A DNA stretch of 57,788 nt, the filler included, from Bipalium vagum (Eukaryota): assembly GCA_037834085.1 (NCBI GenBank). It is 3 parts of 3 records of this genome, joined end to end, with 100 filler letters (N's around TTAATTAATTAA, not from the genome) between each part and the next. Parts side by side here need not be neighbours in the genome. Positions count along the whole stretch, not along the records: positions 22,986 to 39,374 come from JBBMKC010113648.1; positions 39,475 to 57,788 come from JBBMKC010029455.1; 1 more part is not named here. The stretch is one strand, 5' to 3'. How positions within the stretch are numbered: position 1 is the stretch's first letter; every line of letters starts with the position of its first letter. Positions 28,101 through 41,230 of the stretch are shown here, piece by piece. The notes below the pieces were generated by a model. It was not told the DNA's origin, made no database searches, and saw nothing but the letters and a program-made list of their open reading frames with translations. Made by a program: the position numbers and the translations under genes.

Positions 28101-31100
28101 AAAATCTGTCAAAATTTCATTATAAAACTGGCACATACTTTTCTTTAACACTTCTATATATGCTGCTGAATTAAATTTTCCTTTGATAACATTGTAAGAC
28201 AATAAGCTATTGAGCAATTTCATCATCCAAACCTTAATGCCGTTACCCATGCATTGTCGGCGCTATATATATACAAATATATTCATTTTTTGAAACATAT
28301 GTTCACCAATCAATCCAGACTAAATCTTTTTCTGTCAGTAAATACAATATTTTCCCATAATTGATTTTCACTAATCTAGGTACTTACTTTCAACAATCGG
28401 TCTTCCTTATGTTTCTTACTTAAATAAATCAGATATACTTTTTTATACCTCATTCCTTTTCTTTTCATGTGCCTCTAGTCCATAAAGAAATATTCAAATT
28501 ACATTCAATTTTTAATTTATTTACATTTATCTTATTTTTTCTATTTTTCAACTTGCATATTACTCTTTTCATATTCAACTTCTCTCGTTTACTTATTGTA
28601 AACTTTGGTCCACATTTCTTAAATATATCCTTCTTTACATATCTGCATGTAACTTGCTGAGTTTCTTGTTATTTTCATAATTTTTCCTATTTGAGTGTAA
28701 ATTAGTCCATCTTCCTTTAAAGCCAAGCCTTGAGTTTTCGCGAAATTTTTCATTTAATTGCTAAAATTTTAAAAAATATATCATTCACAAATAACAAATA
28801 ATTACATGACATTTAATAAAATATTAGGAAATGCTTAATAATTACCTGTTTGAAAAATTATGCCTTAATTTAAAATTTAGACTTTAACACAATCTTTATT
28901 TATATTACTTAAACAATTAATATTTCTAATATAATGGAAGATATTACTTTGAAGTAATGTACAATACTCTTGAACTTGGCATTATACATAAATAAAAATA
29001 TTTAAAATGAATGTAAATAATTATGTGGTGTTTGAAAAATTATTATTATTTAATCTATAAAACCAAATAATTAATGCATTAAACTTTTACAGGAAAAAAA
29101 ATTATGAAAGAATTCGTTAAGTTCAGATATGGCGTGTTTAGTGAAGAGATATACCAAAATCAGTTTACATTTTTCGATGGGCTCTCTTACATTCCTTCAA
29201 TGTAATTTTTATTCCAATTTTTTTAGAATTATTTTTATAGATATCATCGAAACTTTTTTTTAAAATAAAATAATGCAAAAAGTCCAATACATTAAATTGT
29301 TCAATATTAAATCTGATAATAAATAATTCAGAACTGTTCCTTATTTTAATATTGAGAGTACATTAATTTTGGTCTAAATTAAAAATAAGTAATAACGTTA
29401 TTTGTAATAACTACAAAATATAAAATTATTTTAAATATCCGAATATCTAATGAAAATTATATAGATTTTGGAATACTATTTGTTTAAATAAGTCCTTTTA
29501 GAAGGTGCAATTAATCAAAATTAAATTTCAGACATGAAAAAATGATTTTTATTTGATATGCTGAAATCCAAAATGGAAGCGCAATTCAATTTCTACGAAG
29601 ATATTCAAAACGAGTATCAAATTTAATTCACTCTAAGGAAAAATCATTTTAATGTTGCTGAATATAAACTTTTTTTATGTGGGAGCAAGGTTATTTTCAA
29701 CGATTTGAAAATACCTTAATTGATTTAATATTCTCTATTTGTCATAAAATAAATATTAAAAGTTGTTTAAAAGGTTTAACATTAATGCACTGTATAAAAA
29801 CATTTATTATTGTTGATTTAATTAACATATTTTAAAAATAAAAGAAAATTACTTGTTTTTTTATAAAATTATTTATATGAGGAGGCTAATCAGACCTGGA
29901 AAATTTTTTAATTATTTTTATTATTAAAAATTTATATTCATATCATCAAAATTTTCTGTAAGATAATAACGCTAGCAAACGTTCCAATGCATTAAAATAT
30001 TAGTTACAACCTAGGTCTGATATTTGAATATTACAAAAATATTTTCCTTTTTAATAAATTTGTGTTATTATTGATTTAATTACTAAAATATAAAAATAAA
30101 AGGAATAACTTATGAACATTTAGGTGTGGACAAAGTATCAAGTGGAAATTATCAAATCCATATTCAGAATGCAGTGGCTTCAATAATTCTTGCACATATT
30201 CAATTGATCCAAATGCCAATCACTCTTACTCTATTATGTTTGATCATCAGACGAAATCGGTATGTATATATATTGTTTTTTCGTAATTGATTATTTTCTT
30301 TTATCTTTCATTTTAAACTTTTATAATTTGAGAATAAAGACATCATTTTAATAAGTAATACCAGATTATTTTGTAATATTTTCAAAAGTTTTATACCATA
30401 CCATCTTGACGAGGAACAGGTATCACATAGCTGCTATGACATACATTAAAATTGATTTTATTATACCCATAATAAAATTACTCTACTTTAGTCAAAAGTA
30501 ATTGTTTCATAGATATTTATATCCGTATAAGCAATGAAATAATTCATATCATTAATTTAAAATTAGATAACCTAATAAAACAATGACACGGAAATCTTGA
30601 TAAAGCGAAAGATAAACATCACACCTCAAAGATGACATTACAGAAAATCGGTTTTGATGAAAAATATGGTGTATGGGAAATGTTAATTATAATTAATTAG
30701 AAGTACATTGTGTAATAGATAATAAAAATTACGTGGTGTGCCCAATAAGTACTGAGCCTATGGTTGAAAGCAAGGCACGATCACAAAACACTTTTGTATT
30801 AATAAAAACGAATATTTACCAGTAATTATTTTTAATAAAGTGGTCAACATACTTTTTCCAGCGAGTGATAAGTTGCAAGAAGGCTTTTTTTGAAGAAATC
30901 GGAAGATTTATCGTTCATATAATTAGTGATAATAATGACTGAACAGCATCTTTGCTAACATTTAGACGCACAGTAAGCTCTCTTGTTGTGATTCTTTCAT
31001 TTTGTATAATTTCATGTAGGTTTTTTGTTATTTTTTTGCTGATTTCGCATAGCCTTATTTATTTTTCTACGTACACCACGGAAGTTCTTCCAGCTTTAAA

Positions 31101-34100
31101 TTTATTATACCATCATTTTGTTGTAGCCCATGAAGGACTTTGTTCACCGTAAACATCATTTAATTCCTTTTGAATTTTTTCTCGACTTATTTTCTTCAAA
31201 TAGAGGAAACAAATGAAGCTTCAATATTGCACATTTTCTAAAGACATTTTAAAAATAACGCGATTTACCTGATAAACATAAAATAATATATTAAAAAAAT
31301 ATCTTACATTTACCTATAATATATTGCACTTTATATAATTACCATATTTTAAAATTTACATTAACCTTTCTACAATAGGCTCAATACTCTTTGGGTACAC
31401 CACTTATATTGAGATTACAATTTTTTTAAATAGTAATTTTTGTGATAATTTTTAACATAATTTAATTTCTAGAGCGAATATTTCTGTGACAATAACCGTC
31501 GTCCTCACAACACATTAGCGAAGTCCCTTCACAATTATAAATGCGATGGAAGTAGTGTCGGAGAGGTGATTCTGAGGCATGGAGATTTTAGTTAGTAAAA
31601 TCTGATTATTTATATTTTACTATAGAAATATGTTAGTCAAATTACAGTATACCCTCTGATATTTTCCACGGTCGAAATTCGAAAAAAAGAGTTAGATAAA
31701 AAATAAATGGAAATAAATTTTTATAAACAACTAATGTGCAATTCGCGTTATATAATTATACAACGGATAATTCATAAAATTTTTAACAAACAAATTTATT
31801 TATAAAATTTTCACTACTTCCAAAAGTAATCCATAATTGTGTCCTGCTTGCTTCTCAATGTTTGTTTATTAAGAAGTTTTTGAATATTCATTAAGGAAAT
31901 GATATCATCATTGGTGAGATTATCCTAACTTACCAAGTATAATTTTAATTCATGAAAATTATGTTGTGATGCTTTGAAACTTAATCCTATAATAACTTCA
32001 TTACTCTCCTTACTGGTTTCTCTTTCTTGAGCTATATTATTATGTAGGATTTTAACTTCTTCATTCAATAAACTTAAATCTGGATCACAAAAATGATCTT
32101 GTGGTTTTTAACCCAATTGATCTCTTTACTCTTTTTAACCTCTTCTTGATTAATTGGATCGATAATTACTAATCATTGTATTAATTCATCAGTGTTATAA
32201 CTTTTCAAAGTTTTGATTGTTGAAATAGTCGTTGGATTTAACTAATCCTGTTTCTCCCAACGATTTACAATTATTAATCGAGAATTCTATCTTTTTAATT
32301 GTATCTCAAGCAAATAATAGCACCTTTACTAGTGTGCTTTACTAGTGTTATTTTATTGATAATATATAATAGAAGATATTGATAAAATCATCGTAATTAA
32401 CACATTCTTTATAGAAAATTTCATCTCTTCTAAAGCTTGGAAAATATGTACCTCACGTTCTTGAAGAAAGTAACAACAATAAAGGTGTTTCGATTTCGCA
32501 TCATTACTCGTTCGCCATTGATCTGCTGTGCAGCAATATAAATCGCTCCTTTCCAGAATTGTAACAGGTGATGAGAAATGGTGTGTGTATGTGATTTTGA
32601 GACACAAAAAGGCCTGGGTAAGTCCTCAAAAGAAACCACAACCACTTGCGAAACCCGATGTTTATAAACGCAAAATCTTGTGCGTTTGGTGGGACAAAAT
32701 TGGTGTTATTCATTACGAAATTTTTCCAAGAGTATTTTTCCAATAGTTGTTGAAATGATAGTCTCTTGTTAAATGTCACAGATGCTATTGGGGCGACGTT
32801 TACGAACGGATTTTGTTACTGCTGTCACCGGTTCCTCTTAGTTTTCAATACAAAGTCTTCCAGAACATTGTTTTCTTGCGAATTAACCACGTTCAAAAAA
32901 ATTGTAGCACAATTTCTTTACACAGTTTTATTTATGTTAAATGCCTTGAATAAATCGTGGACCTTTGCGTATTTTGGTTTCACCTTTCCCCTCTTAACCA
33001 ATAATCTATCATAATCGAATAATAAGAGCATTTCAAAAAATGGTCACTTGTTCGATATTCGTTAAATATGCAAATAACTTTTGGTCGCATAATTCATCCA
33101 AGAAGAAATTCATTATTAATGAATAATGTAAAGTTTTTAAATAGGTTTTAATATTAATAATACATAAATAAAGGTATATAATTGTATCTAATTGGATAAT
33201 ATAAGACGCTTCTTATCAAAGCCCAAAAATAATATTAACTTTATTTAAAAAGTTTAAAGTAGAAGTACCATTTGTACCACCTAATAAATATGATTTACGT
33301 ACCACTCTTATTCTTATTAGATTAAAATAATAAAATATTATATTCCAAAAAATATGCAGAAATATTTTATTATAAAAATTATTATTATCCGTAAATATTG
33401 TGGAATTTATTTTATATTTTCTTATTTGCTCTGGAGATTTAATAGAAAAACATCAACTCACTGTTATTAACATTAATACACAATTTTCATAGTAACTATA
33501 CATTTTTAGGAAATAGTTATGCAAAAAGACAAATATTTCAACCACCGTCTTTCACCATTCTGAAAAATTCAAAAAGACGCATTCTTCTGGTTTTGAACTT
33601 GTCCAAAGAAAAGGAGAGAGTAAAATACTTGTTGTCAATTTTAAGATATTTTATAGTTTATATTTTTTGTTTAATTTCTCTTTTGATTATGTTTTTTGTT
33701 ATATTAGACTCTTAAAAATATTTTTATCTCGTACGTCCTCTTTTATTTTTTATTTTAACCAATTAATTGCTATATATAGTGTGCTCGAGAAGGAATATTT
33801 TCAAGGTTGTACTTATTCTTAGAAAATCCATAAGTCTTCATTTATCTAACTTAACTTATTTATCCAGTATTTGTGGATAAATTAATGGTATATTTTTAAA
33901 TTTGACTTCAGAATACGATAGAAGAGCATCAGTGTTAGAATTGCTTCGCACCCGGAAAATATACAATAAATTATTAGTGATTGGTTCTATAATATTAAGA
34001 GCCTCGTTAAAAGTTAAGGAAAAATGATGACAAAAATAATATAAAAGCATAAAAAAACCAACATCATAAAAGTTTAGATAATTTTCATAATAGATTGAGA

Positions 34101-37100
34101 AGAGAAGATTGATGATTATGGTTCCAAAAAAATGGTTGATCTAGGAAATCAAATGGACGTGACCAAGTCAAGAGTTGCAATAAGAAAAAATATGTACTGA
34201 AAGTTTTGTCCTATTTCAAGGATTTTTCTTGACAGAAAAAAGAAAATCAATATATAACTTTAACCACATGTTATCCTGATTGACTTGAAGTATATATGGC
34301 ATTGAAATTTTAAAATTTTGCAGTCTGAATAAGAATTATTTTGTTTATGATAGGAGAGTCAATTACAAAAATGATTTGCCACCAAGTTTCTGATTGTCAT
34401 GCATTCTAAGTTTCCAACATCTGTCTTGGTTTTGAATTTCATATCTAGTGTAGGTGATGTCATGCGATCTCTTTTTTTAGAAATACCTTACAGGCAGCAA
34501 AGAAGGTCATATCAGCATATTGCAAATGATTGTGAAACCCTGGATCGATAAAGTATCCAGTTGGAGAAAGTATGTATTTTAACAAGCCTTTGCTTCGGCT
34601 CACAAAGAAAGGAACACCTCGGCATAGTTTTATGAAAATCTAACTTGCCATTAGTCACCCGATTTCTGACTTTCTTTCATTTCAGTCTACAATTCCATAA
34701 ATTATTATTTATTGAGTCTAGTTGATGCACACGTCAATACAAAACCTCACAGTTCTATGAAATCATTATAGCATTTTGTAGAGAAGGTAAAAACATGCTT
34801 ACACCTGGAAGAAGGCTAAGAAACAGATCCATCTTCTGCCAACAATTGCCAGATCATTAACTTTTTTCAAATTTACGGTTTGAACTACACGCTCTTCAAC
34901 TGGTGTCTCCGTTTCATCATCCGACAAATAATATTGGTGATTAGGCACTTACGTTGGATCTAATGGCACATATGTTTCGTTATCCAAAACAAAGTAATTC
35001 TTGCCACTTGGAAGACTATCCTTGTAAAGCTTAGCTGATCACTTAATTGAACGCTGAATCTGACATATTTTATACTTAGGCTTCCTCTGCTTCTTCTGTG
35101 CTACCAATCCAACCGCTTCTTTCACTTTCAGATAGGTACTACGACTCAGATGCAACTGCTTTGATGACACGAGCCCTGATAGTGATCTGTTGTTTTTCGC
35201 GTACTTCAACACTTTTCTTTGGATTCTGGGAGTGTTTACAACTGGTTTACGAGCTGGTATTGACTTGTAATCTATTACTCCAGTCTTCAGAAAGAGTGAT
35301 ATTACATATCGGATTGTTCTCTCTTTAATATTTTGCTGCCGAAAGTGATTAACCGTAGCCATTTTATTTTGTGAATTTTCTTGGAAAAAAGCAATAATTG
35401 CCTTGGCATTAAATTCGTGTTGTTGTCTCTTCATCTAGAGGATTATCACTGAATAAATTATTCAATAAAAAGATTTCAAAAATGTCTTTGTTTTAGTTAC
35501 TATGTAGCCTAATATTTCATAGCAATTGTTAGAAGTGGCGGCATCTATATATGGGCAACTCTTTATACAATACAATATAAATGTACAAAGAGTTAGAACA
35601 CAATTTAGTCCCACGGGATAATATAGAATCACTTCTACTAATGAGTCTTCCTATTATCATTTTTGTAAGTTTAATGATCTTAGTCTTCTAATACCACTTT
35701 CATTTTCCAACAATGTCAAATTGAATTCTTTGTGAGGAAAATTAGAAAGTCGCTTTTTCTATTTTCTTATTACCTTTTACCCAATTAATATTGTCACCAT
35801 TGTACCACTTTAGCTGCTAGTAAGCTATTCGATCTGGAATGTGCATAAAATATGCATAAACTTTTTCAGGAACTTTTTAAAATGTAATCATATTTATACA
35901 TCAGTTATTTTCTTTTTGTTAGTGATCATATCTTAATATATTTAACAAAAACTTTTTTCAGTTGTTACCGTCGATAAAATTGTCCATTCAAAATTTTATA
36001 AATTATTCTATTGAAGACTCCGATGAATTTGGTTTTGTCTCAAATGATCCAGCAATGGAATCTATACTTCATCCATTACCAATGGGAATGGAAAATCGAA
36101 GGAAAATTCTTGATCATATTCAAAGACTGTCTCTCCACCAAAACACAAATATTCTCCATTGTTTAACAACAGCAATGAAGGTTACATATTCAATAAAATT
36201 AAATTAAATGAAAACCATAAAAAATTATTATAAATATACAAATTTATTAATAAAAAAATTTATTTTATTTTGTTTTCTCAAAATTCACTGACAAATTTAT
36301 ATTTATAAAAAAATTGATTTGATTTATTTTTGTGATTTTTATATGTTTTACAGTTTTTATTTAAATTTATTTAAGAAATTCAAAAAATAAAAATATTTAA
36401 TTTCGATAAAAACCTGATTAAACAATTATTAATTATTATTATTAACTTTACGTATTTATATTTATTTATAAATTTTTTATTTTACAATTTAAAAATTTAT
36501 TAAAAAATGTTTTTTACTTATAAGTTCAATTCCATTTTGAATCTGTATTCATCAATTAATCTAATTTTTCAAGAGAGAAAATGTAAATATATTTTTAAAT
36601 ATTATATATAAATATTATTATAAAAAAATATTATAAATATTAATTTAAGATTTTAGAAATATTTATAATGTAATTTAAGATAATTATATTAAAATATCAT
36701 GGAAAATTATATTCCTCTTTTTATTTAGTTAATGATAAGAAAACCTGGAACAGTTATCTTAGTTACAGATCAAACCAATGTGGATTTTCATGAAAATTTG
36801 AACATGGATAATTACATAGAAAAGGGAAAAAATTTTAATGTGATAATTTATGGAGATAAATCATCAAGAAGTCTAAAATCGCTGCCTACCATGACAAAGG
36901 GAAGATTTATATTTGCAGATCAAAACTTTCCGTATATCGATCTAAGTCTTAAACTTAGTGTGGGATTATCCTGTGACTCGTCATTTAAAACCATAGTCAA
37001 AGTATTTTTAATTTATATTGGTTTATAAATAAAAAAATCAAAACATTTTTTATATTATAGAATAAAAATATTTTATAAATATATAAACCAATTTTTCTCA

Positions 37101-39316
37101 CCAGTTATTATTTCCAATTGAATGTAAATGCAATGTAATGATGGAATAATGACAGCGAAGCCTCTCCGCTAATTGATGATCAGTTTGTGCTTAGTCAAAC
37201 TTAATGACTGCTTTCAATTCCTCATTATCCACGACTTCCAAACGTTTACTATGTTCCATGTCTTTAAGACTTTCACCGACAAAGGTTTGACACTGATGTA
37301 ACATGCTTAGTGAATAATTGGCCTAGTATGCCATGAGATTTTTAAAATTTTCCTTGTTTATGCTCATTTAGGAGAGACAACCGTATATGGTAAACATCTA
37401 AAATGTTTATTTCATTTTAAAATCAATTAAATATTGACATAATATAAAAATAGATTCCCCAGAGATTGCCCTTCATGAATATTAAAACAACAGTTAACAT
37501 ATTATTATAAACGATAAAAATTAAATTAATGTTAGCGACATTTCCAATTTAGCAATTCTTGTTTAGTGAAACTGTTTAATAAATAAACAGTGATAAATAT
37601 ATAGTTTTTTTGCTTCTGAAATTATTTTATAAAGATCTTTGTATTATATAATTTATATATATGAGATGTGTTTCCTTTACTATTTTACAAAAGGCATTGT
37701 GCTTTGGAATGTATTTTTTCTTAAAAATACTGATATTTTAATAATAGTAATTAAAATTTTATTATTTCATTGTGATTTTTATTTATTTTCTGCTTATTAC
37801 TGAAATGATCACTAAAATTGTTAGTTTTTTAATGCCCAATTTAAATGAAATCACAATATTAATCTTAGTTAAGGCTCTTTCATATCCTGGTAAAATTCAT
37901 CATATTGATTAAATACCTTTAGTATTATTATAATAATAATAAATAATAAAAAAATATTATTAACCTATATTTTCATTTCTTATTTTATAAAATAAGAGAC
38001 AGTTTTGAAAAGAGTCTTGAGGCAGTATAATATCGAAGTATCATTTTGAAATACGATAAAATTGTTCTGATACTTGTCAAGAAAATATAAATATTCTTGA
38101 TAGTGTTGCTGAGGACTTCTTAGATAATATCATCACAAAAGGACGTAACACTACAATCCTTGTATATATCATAGTCTAATCTAGGATCTCATAGGGTAGA
38201 ATTGTTTGCCGGGTACAGTTCAAAGACAATTCTAAATTAAGGAGACGATCAATAATAATGAATTATTACTAAAAAAAAGTGATATAATAAAATTAAAATA
38301 AAAATAAAAACAGTGGAAATGAGGAAATTTCATCAAATATAATGTTAGTGATAATAAAAAATTTTGAAAATTCTCTTTTGTATATTTTTTTAATTTTGAA
38401 TATGATAATTTTTTATGTATATATTCATAAACATTATTTTTTTATTTTCTTCCCAGAATTTTGAAGGTAATTGGATTTTAAGCAGAAACATAATACAAAA
38501 TGATTTTAATCTTAATCAATTTCGGTCAACTAGTGAAAACATGCTCATAACATTACTTTTTGATCAGAACATGTCTCCTTATAATATTACTTTATTAAAT
38601 CATATCAACGAAGAAGTCGCTCATTCAATATATCTACAAGATTACAACAGAACTATGATGGGCTTTACATTGACAGGAAATAAAACTGTAAATGTGATAT
38701 CATTTTAAAATATTTAATCATTTGTTTCATTTTTAGACTGGAAAATATAAGATAAGATTCAAATTAACAAACGTTACAAACCTAGACACCAATAAATTAA
38801 CTATCAATTGTCATTGCATGGTAGTTTCAACTTTAGATCCAGTTAATCAAAAGATCAGAAATCCTAATGGAAAGTTTTCAGTAAACAATATTAAGTCGTT
38901 GGATGCTGAAACGAAAGTGAAAGTCACACTTGATTTTTCAGAATGTAACATAAAAGAGAAAGAACTGCTGTCAGTTTATTTTATTTTTCAAGTACCATCG
39001 GGAAAAATACAACATAGACCCTTACAAGATCAAGGATTCGGTAATCTTTGAATTTCATTTTTTAATGTTTGATTATATATATGAAATTTAAATCCCCGAT
39101 TAGTGAGAAAATATTTGGTAAAAAAAAGATACAAGATTTTAAAGAATATAACTCTTCTTTAAGTAAAAGGTTGAAGTTAAAATACTTCATATATTTTTTG
39201 GGTTTTCTTACATTAATTTTACTTTTTATTACCTTTTATTAATATTTATATTTCATTTTATTTTTTATTCCTTTTAATTTTTAGGTTTAGATATGAGGTA
39301 CAGTCGTGGCCAATGA
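25129..39316 (+). CDS. CLCA: Calcium-activated chloride channel regulator (CLCA) family protein: signal peptide, CLCA_N, Cys-rich region, VWA and beta-rich region; 3' end interrupted or incomplete
   Basis: Phase-consistent GT-AG exons: 25129-25287, 25326-25629, 29093-29201, 30124-30259, 31473-31590, 33510-33619, 35962-36180, 36729-37001, 38457-38687, 38737-39040 and 39285-(39297 or 39316). Signal peptide MKFLFLIIFLS. CLCA-like motifs: TEASMSLFKAT, IIVPNTW, EPFTIQSEECGEPGEVI, KEFVKFRYGVFSE, YSIMFD, FCDNNRRPHNTLAKSLHNYKC, PPSFTIL..RRILLVLN, VILVTD and LQDQGFGLD. Confidence 0.88.
26455..26760 (-). mobile_element. Mariner C-terminal remnant in CLCA intron 2
   Basis: YDNGSAHTS...KCILAEGDYFEGD. 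Confidence 0.6.
27599..29047 (-). mobile_element. Decayed Tc1-like element with inner and outer repeats, in CLCA intron 2
   Basis: IVFTDRKRFSLDGL and WPAKSPDQNIAEDIW. The motif ATAATTTTTCAAACA occurs at 27608 and about 27773, and inverted at 28847 and 29029. Confidence 0.8.
30732..31404 (-). mobile_element. Internally deleted mariner in CLCA intron 4
   Basis: TIRs GTGGTGTGCCCAATAAGTACTGAGCCTAT and its imperfect inverse, with TA flanks. N-terminal peptide IQKELNDVYGEQSPSWATTKWWYNKFKAGRTS. Confidence 0.85.
31645..32340 (-). mobile_element. pogo-like 3' remnant in CLCA intron 5
   Basis: Terminus TA|CAGTATACCCTCTGAT. Peptides IVNRWEKTGL and QDTIMDYF*. Confidence 0.5.
32490..32750 (+). mobile_element. 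Mariner catalytic-core remnant in CLCA intron 5
   Basis: LSRIVTGDEKWCVY...KILCVWWDKIGVIHYE. Confidence 0.85.
34100..35565 (-). mobile_element. Tc1-like element remnant in CLCA intron 6
   Basis: The 131-aa ORF at 35039-35434 is an N-terminal HTH region. YFVLDNETY and VWQAICN follow, and a TIR-like end AAAGAGTTGCCCATATATAGATGCCGCCACTT is present. The left boundary is approximate. Confidence 0.65.
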
Positions 39317-39374
39317 AATAGAAACGCTTACCTAAAATACTTGTTTTACTTCTTTTTGTATTTAAAAATTTAAA
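39301..39374 (+). mobile_element. Tc1-like terminal inverted repeat at a TA within or next to CLCA exon 11, running into a gap
   Basis: TA|CAGTCGTGGCCAATGAAATAGAAACG is a typical Tc1 CAGT-start terminus. The other end is not visible. Confidence 0.6.
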
Positions 39375-39474
39375 NNNNNNNNNNNNNNNNNNNNNNNNNN
39401 NNNNNNNNNNNNNNNNNNTTAATTAATTAANNNNNNNNNNNNNNNNNNNNNNNNNNNNNNNNNNNNNNNNNNNN
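39375..39474. other. Scaffolding gap with artificial six-frame stop linker
   Basis: 44 N + TTAATTAATTAA + 44 N = 100 bp, identical to the gap at 22886. Confidence 0.95.
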
Positions 39475-39849
39475 TATTGAAAACTCGAGGAAAAGTAATT
39501 TCCCTGTAATAATTGTTAATAAATTGAAATTAGAAAAAAAATTATTTAATCAATTGAAGATTGTGAAAAATGTGCAAATATTGATTTGGTTTTATTATTT
39601 ATTATAAAACCAAAATTTTTAAATTAATCATAATAATTTTCACAATAATTTGAGTATTTCTTTCTCTCAATGACGTTCTTTTCATTCGTCTTAAAATCGT
39701 TATCAAAAGAATTTACCCCGACATTTTTTTATTAAACCATTTTGTATTTTGTTTCTAAACACGGAAATTAAAACATACGAAATATCATTGTTTGCCGTGA
39801 GGTCGTCTGCCAAATGAAAATAAGGTGGATTGAATATAAATTGTACAAT

Positions 39850-40140
39850 AATATTATAAATAATATAGTATAATATGAATAATATAAATAATATGAATAA
39901 AATAAATAATATTAATAGTATAAATAATATAATTAATATAAATAATATAATATGATATGAATAATATGAATATTATAAATAGTATAAATAATAAAAATAC
40001 TAAAAAATAATAATAATATAATATGAATAATATAAATGATATAAATAGTATATATAATATAATTAATATAAATAGTATAAACAATATAAATAACATAAAT
40101 AATATGAATAATAAAAATAATAAAAATAATTTATAATTAA
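39850..40140. repeat. AT-rich low-complexity degenerate 9-mer repeat (AATATRAAT)
   Basis: Repeated aatatgaat/aatataaat/agtataaat units. Confidence 0.75.
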
Positions 40141-40739
40141 AAACAATTTTCAAATAAACAACCTGGTTAAAGAGCGGAATATGAATTAAAATGTATTAGA
40201 CTGTGTAGAGAGTTTACGTAGAAATTTTCCAATATTTTATCTCCTCGGAAAGCTTATTGTGAAACTCTTAGTTTTCGACACTCATTTTCTTTACAATTCA
40301 CATTCATAAAGGATAATTAAAGATAGACAATTACCTCTTCAGAAGAAAGGAAAAGAGACGAATACATATTGTAATTTAATATGAAGTAAACAATTTTTAA
40401 TAGTTATTTGTTGATCATAAGTACAATGCATAACCGTCACATGGCTCAAAAATATTGAAAATAGGCATTCCGTTTGTTTATTCTAAGGAAACGAATAATA
40501 TAAATATCCAAACTTTCTCAAATTCAATGATTATATATATTAATAATGTCACATGCAACAATACTTAATGATTTTATTTTTTTTAATTCTACTTCTTTTA
40601 ATTTACATTCTGTTGTGATAGGGTTTATTCTTTAAAATATCTTTCCCTATATTATTTATAAAAATAATATATAAAAATTAATAACTTAGAAAAAACCGAA
40701 AACCTAAAGATTCAAATTAAAAAAAAAGAGATCACTAGA

Positions 40740-41230
40740 AAAATATGCTACAATTACCATTTTAATAGAATTTAAAACCTTCAAGGCGGTAGTTGAAAAA
40801 GCCTGTAGAACAAGAAGATCTAAAAGTAATTTTAATTACAGCAAAAACAAAGAATCATTGAAAATTTAAAAACCAAATCTTACAATATCTTGCAAACTTA
40901 GACTATCTGCAAAAAGTATTCGTACGATCACTTTTTCATAATAAAAGTCAGATTTATTGACCCATTTATTTGAAATAAAGGTAAATTGTTATTATTAACT
41001 AATTGTTAATTTTACATCATAAATATCGTGCTTAACTTCAAATGTCATAGATGTAACAGTATATACACAGGGAAACACAGCGTCATCTCAGAACCCGTAT
41101 TAGTGAACATTCTCAACTAAGCAGAACTGATAAAGATTTGTGAAGTTAGCACAGGATTTAGTAAAATTATGAACAACTTGGATAATAACTACGAAAGAAA
41201 AGTCTACAGACCATTATTAATTATAAAACA
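40740..41230 (+). mobile_element. Penelope-like retroelement GIY-YIG endonuclease remnant
   Basis: NIVLNFKCHRCNSIYTG, then a frameshift, then TQRHLRTRISEH. This is the Penelope YKFxCxxCxxxYIGxTxRxLxTRIxEH signature. Confidence 0.75.

Noticed and set aside
39854-40153. 99-aa hydrophobic ORF (and the similar ORF at 14547-14921)
   Set aside because: These are translations of AT-rich low-complexity repeats or Ns.
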